Shown piece after piece: positions 6,451-17,700 of a DNA stretch of 64,000 nucleotides (positions are counted from its first letter, which is position 1; the number at the start of each line of letters is the position of its first letter). The translations under genes were made by a program, and so were the position numbers. Origin of the DNA: Dehalococcoidia bacterium (lineage in GTDB: Bacteria > Chloroflexota > Dehalococcoidia > SHYB01); contig OZ253453.1 in assembly GCA_965261455.1 (NCBI GenBank), forward strand, positions 3,511,372-3,575,371. Reading direction: 5' to 3'. The notes under the pieces are model-generated. The model saw only the letters and a list, made by a program, of their open reading frames with translations, was not told the DNA's origin and ran no database searches.

Positions 6451-9036
6451 CTACCCCCGCTCCGACAGCCACGCCGCGGTCTCGCCGCGGTTCAACTCCA
6501 GCCAGCGGGCGTTCAGTTCGATGCGCTCCAGCGTCTGCCGGACCGCGCGCGCCGCCGACGGCGCTGGGTTCGACTCGAAGAAGTCGCGCACGTCGTCGCG
6601 GCGGGCCGCCGTGGTGAACCCCCCGCCCACCGACACCAGCCGGGCGATCGCGAACCCGCCCGCGCCGTAGCGCCGGTCGAGCTCGCCCCAGTTGCTCTTG
6701 ATGAACTCCCACGCCAGGTCGCGCCCCTTCAGGTTCCCCGCCAGCGACACGATCACCAGCACCGCGTCTTGAATCCGGACCTCGTCCGTCAGCGAGCGTT
6801 CCAGCGTCTCCGCCAATAGCGCCTCGTCCTCGAAGCGGGTAAGTGCCCCAAGGAGCCGCATCTTCTCCTCGCTCAGCGTGGCCGCCTTCGCCAGCTTCCA
6901 CAGCTGATCGTAGGCCTCGCGGCCCCCGTACTGGGCGGCCAGACTGAAGACGACCGCTCGCACGTCGGGGTGAACGCTCGACTCGTCGTGCAGATAGCGC
7001 TCGAAGCGCCCGCGTGCCTCATCGGCGAGCGCGGCATCGCCGTAGTAGCCGCGCTGCCCCAGCACCGTGCTCCGGCGCAGCGATTCGAGGTGCCCCTCGC
7101 CGGGCCCCGCGTCCCAGCCGACCTCGCCCGCGATGCGCTCGAACAGACCGCCGGCGAACCGCCGGTACGCCGCCAGCGAAGGCTCGTCGGCGAGCAGCGT
7201 TTCAAAGCCGCGCAGGTTGCTTGCCAGGTCGCCCCATACCGTGGCGTCGTCCTCCCCCGCGTACGCGCCCGCCGCGTTAAGGAAGTGGGTCGCGGGCGCG
7301 ATGCCCGCGCGCATCAGGGCGTAGGCGTCGTTCTGCACACCCAAGCGGTCGGACGCGGAGAAGGCCTTGTCGGCCACCGCCCCGCACAGTCGCTCCCAGT
7401 CCTCGGCCTCATAGTTCACCCGGTAGAAACCCGTCTGCCCGGCGTTGACCTTGATCCAGCCGTCGCCCGCGGGGACGTCGATCTTGCCCTCCCGCGCGCT
7501 CAGCAGCGACGTCTGCAACTCGCCCCCGTGCGTCAGCGCCAGCACCGGCGTCTCCCACAGCGAGGGATCGTCCTTGCCGCCGCCAAGCAGGTGGCTGTAG
7601 AGGAAGCGGCGCTGCGAAAGCCCGACCCGCGTGCCGTCGCCGGAGCGCTCCGCCTTGACGTCGACGACGGGGTAGCCCATCTGCTGCGTCCAACTGTTCA
7701 TGATCCGCGTGACGGGCTCGCCGCTCGCCGCCTCCAACGCGTTCCAGAGATGAGCCGTGCGGGCGTTGGCGTACTGATGCTCGTCGATGTAGGCCCGCAG
7801 CCCGCCGCGGAAGGTGTCCGCACCAAGGTATTGCTCCAGCATCCGGAGCACGGAGCCGCCCTTGCTGTAGCTGATCGCGTCGAAGATCTCCCGGATCTCC
7901 GCGGGGTCTTTGACCGGCACCTCAATGGGGTGCGAGCTTTCCAAGCCGTCGAGGCTGAGCGCCGCGTTGGTGTCCTGGCTCACGAACTGCGTCCACATCC
8001 GCCACTCGGGGAACAGCACGTCGACGCCCTTGTCCCCCATCCACGAAGCGAAGCTCTCGTTGAGCCACAGGTCGTCCCACCACTCCATCGTCACCAGGTC
8101 GCCGAACCACATGTGCGCCATCTCGTGCGAGACGACCTGCATGATGCGCTGACGGGCCGCCGACGCCGAGTTGCCTTCCTCGAACAGCAGCGCCGTCTCG
8201 CGGTAGATGATGCAGCCCCAGTTCTCCATCGCCCCCGCCGCGAAGTCGGGGACCGCCACGTGGTCCATCTTGGGCAGCGGGTAGGGGATGCCGAAGTAGT
8301 CGTTGAAATAGCCGAGGAGCTTGACGGAGTTTTCCAGCGCGAACCGCCCCTGCTCCTCCTTGCCCCGCGTGGTGAATACCCGCACCAGCGTTCCGCCGGG
8401 CCCGGTGGCCTCGACCGACGCCAGGTCGCCCACGACAAAGGCCAGCAGATAGGTGGACATCTTCGGAGTCTCTTGGAACCGCACCGTCTTGAGCGGCCCC
8501 TCGACCGACTCCATCGCCACGGGCATGTTGGACAGCGTCGTCAGTTCCTTCGGCGCCGTCAGGGTGACCTCGAACGTGGCCTTCAGCGACGGCTCGTCCC
8601 AGCAGGGGAAAGCCCGCCGTGCGTCCGTGGCCTCGAACTGCGTCGTCGCCATGTAGCGCTTTTCGCCGGTCTCGTCGACGTACTCGCTGCGGTAGAAGCC
8701 GCGAAGCTGATCGTTGAGCACGCCGGTGAAGACGCAGGCCAGGGAGGCCCGCCCCGCCGGAAGTGTCTCGCCGAAGGAGAAGACCGCGGTCTCCTCCTCC
8801 TCGTGAGTCTCGATCGACGCCTCAACGCTCCGGCCATCGGCCAACGTCGCCACGACCGACGCGATCTCGAGCTCGGCGGCGTTGAGCGTGATGCGCTCCG
8901 TCGCCTCCAGCACCTCGATCTCGATGCTCACCGCCCCCTCGAACGTGAAGGCATCGAGGTCGGGCGCCAGATCGATGGCGTAGCGAAGCGGCTTGACGTT
9001 CCCGGGCAGTTTCTTGACGTCGCTCTCGTTCACCAC
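6451..9036 (-). CDS. pepN: aminopeptidase N (M1 family zinc metallopeptidase)
   Basis: GAMENWG exopeptidase motif and HEMAHMWFGDLVTMEWWDDLWLNESFA zinc-binding HExxH-x18-E. Likely GTG start at 9036, preceded by AAGGAG-acc. The listed 892-aa ORF is over-extended upstream. Confidence 0.85.
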   Translation of the reverse strand: MVNESDVKKLPGNVKPLRYAIDLAPDLDAFTFEGAVSIEIEVLEATERITLNAAELEIASVVATLADGRSVEASIETHEEEETAVFSFGETLPAGRASLACVFTGVLNDQLRGFYRSEYVDETGEKRYMATTQFEATDARRAFPCWDEPSLKATFEVTLTAPKELTTLSNMPVAMESVEGPLKTVRFQETPKMSTYLLAFVVGDLASVEATGPGGTLVRVFTTRGKEEQGRFALENSVKLLGYFNDYFGIPYPLPKMDHVAVPDFAAGAMENWGCIIYRETALLFEEGNSASAARQRIMQVVSHEMAHMWFGDLVTMEWWDDLWLNESFASWMGDKGVDVLFPEWRMWTQFVSQDTNAALSLDGLESSHPIEVPVKDPAEIREIFDAISYSKGGSVLRMLEQYLGADTFRGGLRAYIDEHQYANARTAHLWNALEAASGEPVTRIMNSWTQQMGYPVVDVKAERSGDGTRVGLSQRRFLYSHLLGGGKDDPSLWETPVLALTHGGELQTSLLSAREGKIDVPAGDGWIKVNAGQTGFYRVNYEAEDWERLCGAVADKAFSASDRLGVQNDAYALMRAGIAPATHFLNAAGAYAGEDDATVWGDLASNLRGFETLLADEPSLAAYRRFAGGLFERIAGEVGWDAGPGEGHLESLRRSTVLGQRGYYGDAALADEARGRFERYLHDESSVHPDVRAVVFSLAAQYGGREAYDQLWKLAKAATLSEEKMRLLGALTRFEDEALLAETLERSLTDEVRIQDAVLVIVSLAGNLKGRDLAWEFIKSNWGELDRRYGAGGFAIARLVSVGGGFTTAARRDDVRDFFESNPAPSAARAVRQTLERIELNARWLELNRGETAAWLSERG

Positions 9037-9043
9037 GGTCTCC

Positions 9044-10054
9044 TTAGCCTCGGAAGGCGGCCACCACGCCGGCAATGCTCGCGTCGTTCGCTCCCGGCGC
9101 GGGGTTGAAGGTGACCCGGTTGACCACACCGCCCCAGCGCTCCTCGAAGCGGTCGGCGATGTCGTCGTAGCGCCCCACCGTGACGAACGTGTCGAACATC
9201 TCCTCGGTCACCAGCTCCGCCATCTCGTCCCACTTGCCCTGCTTGGACAGCCGGTGCATCTCGACGGCCTCCTCGGTCCAGCCGTGCAGACTCATGACGC
9301 CGCGGTAGGCCGGCGTCGAGCCGTAGAACGAGATGCGGCGGCGCATGGCGGGCCGCTGCTCCTCGATCTCCTCCTCGTTCGCCCCGGCGATGTAGAACCC
9401 CTGCCCCACGAGATCGAAGTCGTCGAAGGTGCGGCCCGCCTTGGACAGACCCGCCTCGATGTGCGGCAGGATCACCTCCCGCGCATACCTTGGCGTGTTG
9501 AACGAATGCATGCGCAGGCCGTCGCAGATCTCACCGGACAGGCGCAGGTTGTAGGGATTCAAGGCCGAGATGTAGACCGGTATCCGGGGGTGCTCAATGG
9601 GCTCGGGAGTGAACAGCGGATTCGTCAAGCTGAACTGATAGAAATCGCCGGCGAAGTCGAGCTTAGTCCCGTTCTGCCAGCAGTCCCAGATATGACGCAG
9701 GGCCGCGATATACTCCCGCAGACGCGGGCCGGGCGAGTCCCACGCCACGCTGAACCGCCGCTCGATGTGCGCCTTGATCTGCGTCCCCAGGCCCAGCAGC
9801 AGCCGGCCCTTGGTGAACTCCTGCACGTCCCAAGCCTCGTAGGCCACCACCATCGGGCTTCGGGGGAAGGCGATGAGCACCGACGTGCACAGCGTCAGGC
9901 GGCTCGTATGCTCCCCGGCCAGCACGAGCCGGAAGAACGGGTCGTGGCTCGTCTCACCCGACGAGACGCCGTCGTAGCCGAGCGCCTCGGCGCGTTTCGC
10001 CTCCGCGATCACGCCCTCCAGCGTCTTCGATGCCAGCGTGTACTCGACTTTCAT
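9044..10054 (-). CDS. LLM-class (luciferase-like) flavin/F420-dependent oxidoreductase
   Basis: 336-aa TIM-barrel LLM-like sequence (MKVEYTLASKTLEGVIAEAKRAEALGYDGVS...). Confidence 0.75.
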   Translation of the reverse strand: MKVEYTLASKTLEGVIAEAKRAEALGYDGVSSGETSHDPFFRLVLAGEHTSRLTLCTSVLIAFPRSPMVVAYEAWDVQEFTKGRLLLGLGTQIKAHIERRFSVAWDSPGPRLREYIAALRHIWDCWQNGTKLDFAGDFYQFSLTNPLFTPEPIEHPRIPVYISALNPYNLRLSGEICDGLRMHSFNTPRYAREVILPHIEAGLSKAGRTFDDFDLVGQGFYIAGANEEEIEEQRPAMRRRISFYGSTPAYRGVMSLHGWTEEAVEMHRLSKQGKWDEMAELVTEEMFDTFVTVGRYDDIADRFEERWGGVVNRVTFNPAPGANDASIAGVVAAFRG

Positions 10055-10350
10055 ACGGCCTCAGACTGGTCGTCCTCCGGCTCCATGGGCGGTTCCGTAG
10101 GCGCCAGCGCCCTGTCCGCAGTCATGAATTTTACGATAGGGGGAACGAGGGCCATCCCGAGCCCCAACATGAGTAGGAAAGCAGCGAAAGCGATAACCCC
10201 CCTTTCGGCGAAGAACCATCCTTTGCTGAATAACCCCGCCCAAGCCCTCGCCATGTGCACCGCCGAAGTTCCCACGAAGATCACGCATGTCCCGAGCACC
10301 GCTAGGCCGATTCCGTAGACGAATTGTGTGTTTATGGCTATCTTCACCAT
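10051..10350 (-). CDS. small hypothetical membrane protein (two predicted TM helices, acidic C-terminus)
   Basis: ORF overlapping the LLM start by 4 nt (ATGA). Hydrophobic stretches IGLAVLGTCVIFVGT and VIAFAAFLLMLGLGMALV. The start is uncertain (MVKIAINT...). Confidence 0.3.
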   Translation of the reverse strand: MVKIAINTQFVYGIGLAVLGTCVIFVGTSAVHMARAWAGLFSKGWFFAERGVIAFAAFLLMLGLGMALVPPIVKFMTADRALAPTEPPMEPEDDQSEAV

Positions 10351-10386
10351 CGAAGGTTGGGGCGCACGGGAGCATAGCACAAGGGC

Positions 10387-11742
10387 TCACGCTGACCGCG
10401 GTGCCTTGCGCGAGCTCAACGCCGCCAACGTTAGGACGGCGATCGACGCCAGCATGATGAAGGAAATCCACCAGATCAGGTCGTAGCTGCCCGTCCTGTC
10501 GAAGGCGAACCCCGCCGCGAGTGGGCCGAACGCGTTGGACGTCATGTTGAACGCCATCACCACCCCCCGAATGGCGCCGAGCGCTTCGCGTCCGAAGTAC
10601 ACCGGCCACACCAGTTGGTGCAACGTCGTATTCATCCCGAAGGTGATCCCGTACGCCGCCGCCCAGAGGAATGCCGCCGGTGCGCCGCCGACTGCCAGCA
10701 ACAACAGCAAGCTCCCCGCCAGCCCCGCGTAGGCGGCGGCCAGCATCGGTTTCAACGGGACACGGTCGGCGATGAACCCCGTGGTGAATCCGCCGAGGAG
10801 CGTGCAGGCGGCCCACGCCGCCAGCACCAAGGTACCCACCGACGCGCCGATCCCTGTGTCGTCGAGATAGGCGATCAGGTGAAAGTTGACCGCCGCGCCC
10901 ACGAAGAATGTCACCGTGGTGACCACCAGCAGGACGTAGAAGGGCCGGGTGGAGGCAGCCTCCCGGAGCGTGTAGCTCCGCTCCTCCCGCGCCGCCTCCG
11001 GCATCCGGCCCGTCCCCTCGGCGAACGGGCCGCGTCGTGGAGGGCCTGCGTCGCCGTCGGGCCGCAGCCCCATATCCTCGGGGCGGCGGCGTAGGAAGAG
11101 CAGGCTGGGCAGGAACCCCACCGCCCATGCCACGATCCCCACAGAGAACATCGCCAGGCGCCAGTTGCTCGCCGCAAGGATGGCCTGGGCATACACCGGT
11201 GTGAGCCCGTTCCCGAAGCGTAGGCCCATTCCCGAAAGAGCGATGGCTTGGCCGCGCTTGCGCACGAACCACATCGGCGTGCTCACCTGCATCCCGAGGT
11301 TCACCACGCCCTGGACCACGACGCGCCCGACGATGGTCGCGAGGTAGAAGTGCCACAGCGCGCCGATCTGGGAGAGCGCGGCGATGCTTCCCCCGATCAC
11401 GACGAAGCCGACCGTCACCATCCAACGCGGCCCGTAGCGGTCGAGGAACGGCCCCACGAAGATCGCCGCCAGCCCGCCGACGATGGTGCCGATGGTGTTC
11501 GCCCCCGCGAAGGTCGCCCGCGACCAGCCGAACTCCTCCGTGATGGGCTTGATGAAGACCCCGATGGTCGGGTTGAACTGCCCCGCCATCGCAAAGCCGG
11601 CCGCCGCCACGACGGCGACGATCACCCAGCCGTAAAACAGCTTCTTCTTTCTCTTGATACGGAGTCCTCGCCAGGGCAGGGTGAAGCAGGGGAGCCGCGC
11701 AATCATACAAGACCCACTGTTGACGCGGCCCGCGCCCGCCAT
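10387..11742 (-). CDS. MFS transporter
   Basis: 12-TM-like hydrophobic profile, KKKLFYGWVIV N-terminus typical of MFS/OFA transporters; start may be the internal MIARL... Confidence 0.7.
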   Translation of the reverse strand: MAGAGRVNSGSCMIARLPCFTLPWRGLRIKRKKKLFYGWVIVAVVAAAGFAMAGQFNPTIGVFIKPITEEFGWSRATFAGANTIGTIVGGLAAIFVGPFLDRYGPRWMVTVGFVVIGGSIAALSQIGALWHFYLATIVGRVVVQGVVNLGMQVSTPMWFVRKRGQAIALSGMGLRFGNGLTPVYAQAILAASNWRLAMFSVGIVAWAVGFLPSLLFLRRRPEDMGLRPDGDAGPPRRGPFAEGTGRMPEAAREERSYTLREAASTRPFYVLLVVTTVTFFVGAAVNFHLIAYLDDTGIGASVGTLVLAAWAACTLLGGFTTGFIADRVPLKPMLAAAYAGLAGSLLLLLAVGGAPAAFLWAAAYGITFGMNTTLHQLVWPVYFGREALGAIRGVVMAFNMTSNAFGPLAAGFAFDRTGSYDLIWWISFIMLASIAVLTLAALSSRKAPRSA

Positions 11743-12092
11743 TCCCGCGGAATGCAGCGCCGCCCGCCATAAACCTCGCTCCCCGTGGGAGATGGCTGCG
11801 ATGCAATCGATACGGACTCATCGTCGATGGGTATCGCCAGGGTGCTACCGCCGCTATCGTAAGGTGGACCGCAGGCTCTTGGCGGCGTGCTTCCCAGCCG
11901 CCAAGAGCGCTTCGATTTGCCTGCCGGACCGGCTCTGCCTCCCGGCCCTGGTCCAGGCGCATAGGCCAATCTAACAGGGGCATGGTTGCAGGCTCCGGCT
12001 TGCGCATCCGGTTAAAGGCGTCGCAGTACGGAAGAACGCCTGGACGAATTGGCGAGTCAAATCGTTGAACTCGTCCGACGAAGGAGCGGGCG

Positions 12093-12821
12093 TTGACAGA
12101 ACGGGACCACATTCGTTTCGGCGACACGACCATCGAGTACCGGGTGCGCCGCAGCAAGCGTCGCAGGAAGACGGTCCAAATCACGGTGGACGGCGGCGGC
12201 GTACAGATCGCTGCGCCCACGACGACGACGGGTAAAGAGCTACGGGCCATCGTGCGCAAGCGCGCGCCTTGGATCATCAGTCACGCGTCCGGGGTATCGT
12301 TGAAGGCGGCGCCGAAGCGCTTCGTCAGCGGCGAGACGCTGCCGTACCTGGGGCGCAACGTCCGCATGATCGTGGAGCGCGCCGACGTGCGCTCACCGGA
12401 GGTCCGCTTCGACCATTGGCACTTCAGGGTCGCCGCGCCGCACGGCCTCGACGACGGTGAACGCTCCGAACGAATCCGGCACGCCGTCGTCAGGTGGTAC
12501 CGGGCCCGAGCCGCCGAACGGCTGCCGGCGAGCGTCGAGCGCTGGTGGCCCCGCCTCGCCCGAGGGACGAAGCCGCGCGTCCTCATCCGCGACCAGCGCC
12601 AACGCTGGGGGAGCTGCGCTCCCGATGGCACGCTACGCTTCAACTGGCGCACCATGATGTTGGAGCCTGCCCTCACTGAGTACGTGGTCGTCCATGAGCT
12701 GGCCCACCTGACGCACCGGAACCACTCGGCGGAGTTTTGGGAGCTGGTGTCCGCCGCGATGCCGGACGCGCAGGGACGTCGTCGGCGCCTGCGCGAGGAA
12801 GGTCGCGCGCTCCCTCTGTGA
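12093..12821 (+). CDS. YgjP-like / M48-family metal-dependent hydrolase (DUF45)
   Basis: QRWGSCAPDGTLRFNWRTMM ... HELAHLTHRNHSAEFW motif block characteristic of the YgjP/SprT-like zinc hydrolase family. Confidence 0.65.
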   Translation: MTERDHIRFGDTTIEYRVRRSKRRRKTVQITVDGGGVQIAAPTTTTGKELRAIVRKRAPWIISHASGVSLKAAPKRFVSGETLPYLGRNVRMIVERADVRSPEVRFDHWHFRVAAPHGLDDGERSERIRHAVVRWYRARAAERLPASVERWWPRLARGTKPRVLIRDQRQRWGSCAPDGTLRFNWRTMMLEPALTEYVVVHELAHLTHRNHSAEFWELVSAAMPDAQGRRRRLREEGRALPL

Positions 12822-13198
12822 CGCCTCCTGCCCCGACGACGCGAGGAGGTCCTAGCTTCGCCACAGATCGAGGGCAAGAACCCGGCGCACCCGCCGCCAT
12901 GGCAGCCGGGGTGGTAATTCGTTCTACAGGAGAGAATCTCCTACTCGGACTTGGGCAAGGAGACAGTGGCTTGGAACTAGTGCGGATGGTCCTCAACAGC
13001 GATCACGACGTTCCTACGCCGGCGGTATGCCCGTAGGCGCCCCGGCGCGGTTGACGCGGCGCCCCGTCTGATTTACGGTAACGCTCGAAAGAATACCTTG
13101 CTCCCAAGGAGGCGCGGATGCGCCCGGCTTGGGAACATCGCATGCAAGGCCGCGGCCCAATCGCGGGCCTGCGGCCTTCCGAGCCGTGGGGAGGCGTC

Positions 13199-14692
13199 AT
13201 GTTCAAGCCCGTCACGTTCGAGCCCGAAGTCGAAGAACTCGTCCACTTCATCGAGACCACGCCCCGCGAGGAGATCATCGAGGCCACCCACGGCAAGCTC
13301 GCCGCCGGGGTCCCGCCCGAGGACCTGGTGCGGGCCGGCACGCTCGCCGTCGTCCGCTCGACGGAGCTCCCCATGGGGCACCACGGCGGCCCCATCCATC
13401 CCATCTGCGGCGCGCACGCCGTCGGCCAGATGGCCAAGCGCCTTCGCAAACCCTGGGCCGAGCTTGCCGTCGTCCAATTCGTGACCCTGTGCAACAAGCA
13501 CGTCCACTCGCCCGAGCAGGGGCCCTACATCATGGCCGAGATGGCCCCCGCCGACTCAAACGACATCTTCATCTTCCGCGAGAAGAAACTCGTCTCCGAG
13601 GAGGGCGGCGTCGAAGTAACCAAGGAGACGTTCCGGCGCTCGATGCGCATGGCCTATCCGCCGGCGGCGGAAGCCACCATGCTCTACCTCCTCGAAAACG
13701 GCGTCACCGCCGGCGAAGTCCTTGACATCGTCCTCGACCTCGCCGTCCCCAAGAACCCCAGCGACGATCACTTCTTCCTCTTCCCCATGTACACCTGGCG
13801 CGCCCTCGATCAGATCGGCTGGGAGTACGCCCCCGTCCTTCTCCGTCCCGCCATCCGCTATGAGTCCCGCGGCGGCGCCACGCCCAAGTTCGAGCCTATC
13901 GCCGCGCTCCTCGACACCTACAAGCTCCTCGACCGCGACATCCCCATGATGACCACCACCGCCGAGACCGAGGCCATCGGCGAGCTTGCCGACCGCATCG
14001 GCGCCTCGACTGAGTTGAGCGACATCCCCGAGATGCTCGCCCAAGCCCTCGCCGACGGCATGTCCCTCGAAGGCGTCGGCGAGGCGCTTTCCATCGGCGC
14101 CGCGGTCATCCACCTGCGCACCAGCTACGGCAATCCGATGGACACCCACCTGCAGACGGGCATCAACACTCGCCGCTATCTCCTCGGCATCGAAGGCGTG
14201 AGCCTCCGCAACAAGATCCTCGCCCTCCTCACCTGGCACACCGGGCCCGAGATCTCGTCGAGCCTCGGCAAGTTCGACTACGACCCCCGAGAGGACGTCG
14301 CCGCGCTGCCCCCGCGCTCCGAGGATGAGCTCCTCGAAGCGATCACCGAAAGCATCGAGTCGCAGCCCCACGTCGAAGACCTCTCCGTGATGAAGCTCCC
14401 CCATCTCGTCGCCGCCCCCCAGGTGCGGGAGACGCTCGCCCTCACCCAGCAGTATCTCGATTCGGGCTACGACGTGATGGCGCTCTTCGACCGCCTCGGC
14501 GAGATCACCGCCCGCGACGACTTCAGCGAGATGCACGCCTTCAAGCACCACCAGGCCACGGTCGAGGAATACATCAATACCCGCGAGCCGTTCCGGTGGG
14601 TCCAGCCCATGTCGGCGGCGAAGATCGCGGCGATCGTCCACGGCAAGCGCCAAGAGAACTACCAGCAGGCCAAAGAGCTCATCGGCGTCTAG
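13199..14692 (+). CDS. conserved hypothetical protein (497 aa), no family recognised
   Basis: Long ORF with coding-like composition, GGGGAGG RBS before ATG at 13199 (MFKPVTFEPEVEEL...); convergent with dnaE2. Confidence 0.5.
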   Translation: MFKPVTFEPEVEELVHFIETTPREEIIEATHGKLAAGVPPEDLVRAGTLAVVRSTELPMGHHGGPIHPICGAHAVGQMAKRLRKPWAELAVVQFVTLCNKHVHSPEQGPYIMAEMAPADSNDIFIFREKKLVSEEGGVEVTKETFRRSMRMAYPPAAEATMLYLLENGVTAGEVLDIVLDLAVPKNPSDDHFFLFPMYTWRALDQIGWEYAPVLLRPAIRYESRGGATPKFEPIAALLDTYKLLDRDIPMMTTTAETEAIGELADRIGASTELSDIPEMLAQALADGMSLEGVGEALSIGAAVIHLRTSYGNPMDTHLQTGINTRRYLLGIEGVSLRNKILALLTWHTGPEISSSLGKFDYDPREDVAALPPRSEDELLEAITESIESQPHVEDLSVMKLPHLVAAPQVRETLALTQQYLDSGYDVMALFDRLGEITARDDFSEMHAFKHHQATVEEYINTREPFRWVQPMSAAKIAAIVHGKRQENYQQAKELIGV

Positions 14693-14716
14693 CCCTAGAG
14701 GCGCGCCGGCGGCGGG

Positions 14717-17700
14717 TCAGCGCCAGTCGTGGGCGGCTGGCATCGGGACCGTTGCATCGACGGTCTCGATGTCGGAGACGATGATGTCCGTCGTGCCGTC
14801 CCACCGGGAGACGACGCCCCCGGCCTGGATGACTTGGCTCCTGAGCTTCCCGCGGCAGCGGGCGAAGATCCGCGGCCAGAGGATGAGCTGCACGTCCCCG
14901 GTCTCGTCCTCGATGGTGACGAACACCGTGCCGTGCCTTCCCCGTGGGTGCTGCCGGGCGATGGGCCACCCCGCGACCAGCACCTCCTCGCCGTCGCCGC
15001 ATCCCTCCACGGCGTCGGCGGGCAGGACCCGGGGGTCCAGCACCGGCCGCACGAACTCCATGAGGTGGCCCCTAGGGTAGAGGCCCATGACCCGGTACTC
15101 GGTCGCCATCTTCTCGTATTCGGTGAAGTCGGCGAGTTCGGGGACGCCGCCCTGCGTCGATACGGGCAGGGCCCGCTGCCCCTTGCCGGAGGGACGGATG
15201 GCCAGGCCGGCGTCCCAGAGAGCCTCCCTGCGGTTGAGGGTCACGTCGTCGAAGGCCCCGGCCATGGCCAGCGACTCCACGGCCGCGGGCCGGAGGCCCG
15301 TCCGCCGCACCAGGTCCCCCGCACCGGAGTAGGGGCCGCCACGCTCCCGCTCCTCGACGATGGCCTCCGCCGACTCGGCTCCGACATCCTTTACGAGCTG
15401 AAGGCCCAGCAGCACCGAGCCCTCGTCGGGGATGCACCGGGCCCGGCTGCGGTTCACGCAGGGGTTTAGGAAGGGGACGCCGAAGCGCCGGGCGTCCTCC
15501 TTGAGGGTCTCGATGGGATAGAAGCCCATGGGCTGGTTGTTCATGAGCGCGGTGAAGAACTCCAGCGGGTGATGGCGCTTCAGCCAGGCGGCCTGGTAGG
15601 CGGTGACCGCGAAGGCGTGGGAGTGCGACTCGGGGAACATGTAGTGCCCGTTGATCTTGCCGAAGATCTTTGTGGCCATGTCCTCCGGGACCCCGTTTGC
15701 CCCGGCGCCCTCGAGGAACCGCCGCCGGTGCATGGCGATCAGGTGCTCGGCGTTGGGCTTGGCGAAGGCCCGCCTGATCTCATCGGCCTGAGCGGCGGTT
15801 AAGCCCGCGACGTCCATGATGAGTTGGACGACCTGCTCCTGCCAGACGATGATCCCGTAGCCCCGTTCGAGGGCGCGCTTTTCCAGCGGGTGGTCGTACT
15901 CCCACGCCGCCCCGTGCCGGTAACGTTCGACGAATTGGGAGACGGCGCTGCCCTGCACACCGACGCCGGGCCGGATGAGCGCGACTTGGTAGGCGAGGTC
16001 GAGGAGGTTGCGCGAGTTCAGCCGCTGCGCCAGCTTGAGCTGGGCGGGCGACTGCAGCAGGAAGACGCCCTTGGCCCCGCCGTCGTTGATCATGTCGTAG
16101 ACGGCGGGGTCCTCCGGGTCCACCTTGCCGAGGTCGAGCCTTTTCCCCTCGCGCCGTTCGACCAGATCGAGGGCCTCCTCCATCTGGTCCAGCACCGGCA
16201 GCGAGAGCAGGTCGATCTTGGCGAAGCCGGCGTCGGCGACGCTGTCCTTGTCCCAGTCCATGATGTAGCGCCCATCCATGGCCCCGGCCCGCATGGGGAC
16301 CATCTCCGGGATGGGGGAGCTGCTGAGGACCATGCCGCCGACATGCTGGCCCAGCGCCTTGGGCGCGCCGATCAGTTGCGGCGTGAGCGCCGCCAGGTCC
16401 CTCCAACCCGGTGCGTCCACCCGGTCCTTGAACGAGGGAAGCGCCAGCATCTCCTCCCGCAGGAGCCCTCCGCCGCCGTCCTCGACTTGCTTGGACAGCC
16501 TCCGCAGGTCCTCCTTCGGCAGGCCGAGGGCCTTCCCCAGGTCCTGAATAACGCCCTTGAGGGAGTAGGTGGCGACGGCCCCGGCGAGGACGGCAAACTC
16601 CGGCCCGAAGTGGCGGTGGACCCGCCGGATCAGCTCGTCGCGGAGCGCGCGGGGGAAGTCTAGGTCGATGTCGGGCAGCATGCTCATGTCCTCCGACATG
16701 AACCGCTCCAGGGTGAGGTCCCAGCGGAGGGGATTGACGTGGCTGATGCCGATTAGGTAGCCGGCGAGCAGCGCCACCGAGGAGCCCCTGCCCCTGCCAG
16801 GGGGCCGCTCCTCGAGGGGCGTCTCGGGGGAGGTCAGCCCCTTTTCCTCCATGATCCGCTGGGCGAGCAGGACGATCTCGCGGTAGAGGAGCAGAAAGCC
16901 AGCGAGGTTGTGTCTGCGTATCAGCCGCATCTCCTCGGCGAGGCGCCGCTCCACGCGCGGCGACACTGAGCCATAGCGGCGGACGGCGGCCTCGATGCAG
17001 AGCCGCTCCAGGTAGCTTTCGGCGGTGTACCCCTCCGGCGTCGCGGGGTCGGGGAGGGTGTAGCCCAAGTCGGTGGCGAGGTTGAAGGAGCACCGCTCCG
17101 CGATCCGCAGGGTGTTGGCGAGGGCGTCGGGGCGGTCCTGAAACAGGCGCGCCATCTGCATGGGAGACTTCAAGTACAGATGATGGTTCGGGCGGATGTA
17201 AGGGAGGGCCTGGTCGATGGTGGTGTTTCGCCTCGCCGCCGCCAACGCGTGTTGGAGGCGGTAGCGCTCGGGGGCGTGGTAGAGGACGTCGTTGGTGGCG
17301 GCCAGCGGAGCGCCCGCCTCGTCGGCCAAGGCCGCCAGCTCGCGGTTGCGGCGAGTGTCCCCGGAGAGGAAGTTGCGCTGCACTTCGACGAATACCGAGT
17401 CCGGGCCGAACCACTCCACGTACTGCCTGAGCAGGCCCGCGGCCTCCTCCCGGCGGCCGTCGAGCGCCAGGTTGGCGAGCCGTCCGTCGCGGCCGCCGGT
17501 GAGGAGGACCACGCCGCCGGCATGCTCGGACAGGTGGGTGGGGTCCAGCCTGGGCTGTCTCCGGTCGGTGGCGTTGGCTAGGGTGAACAGCCGGGAGATG
17601 TTGGCATAGCCCTGCCGCGTCTTGGCTAGGAGGACCAGACGGGAGCCGTCGCTGAGGGTCAACTCGCCCCCGGTGATGGGCTGGACGCCGAGGCTGTTAG

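Noticed and set aside
6970-9108. 712-aa ORF antisense to pepN. Similar long antisense or alternate-frame ORFs are: 10061..12277 (-), 15780..17414 (-), 25075..26499 (-), 28012..29319 (-), 33707..35671 (-), 45863..47041 (-), 13556..14653 (-)
   Set aside because: Typical stop-codon-poor shadow ORFs of a ~70% GC genome. They are Arg/Pro/Ala/Gly-rich with low-complexity translations, and each overlaps a gene with clear family signatures on the other strand or frame.
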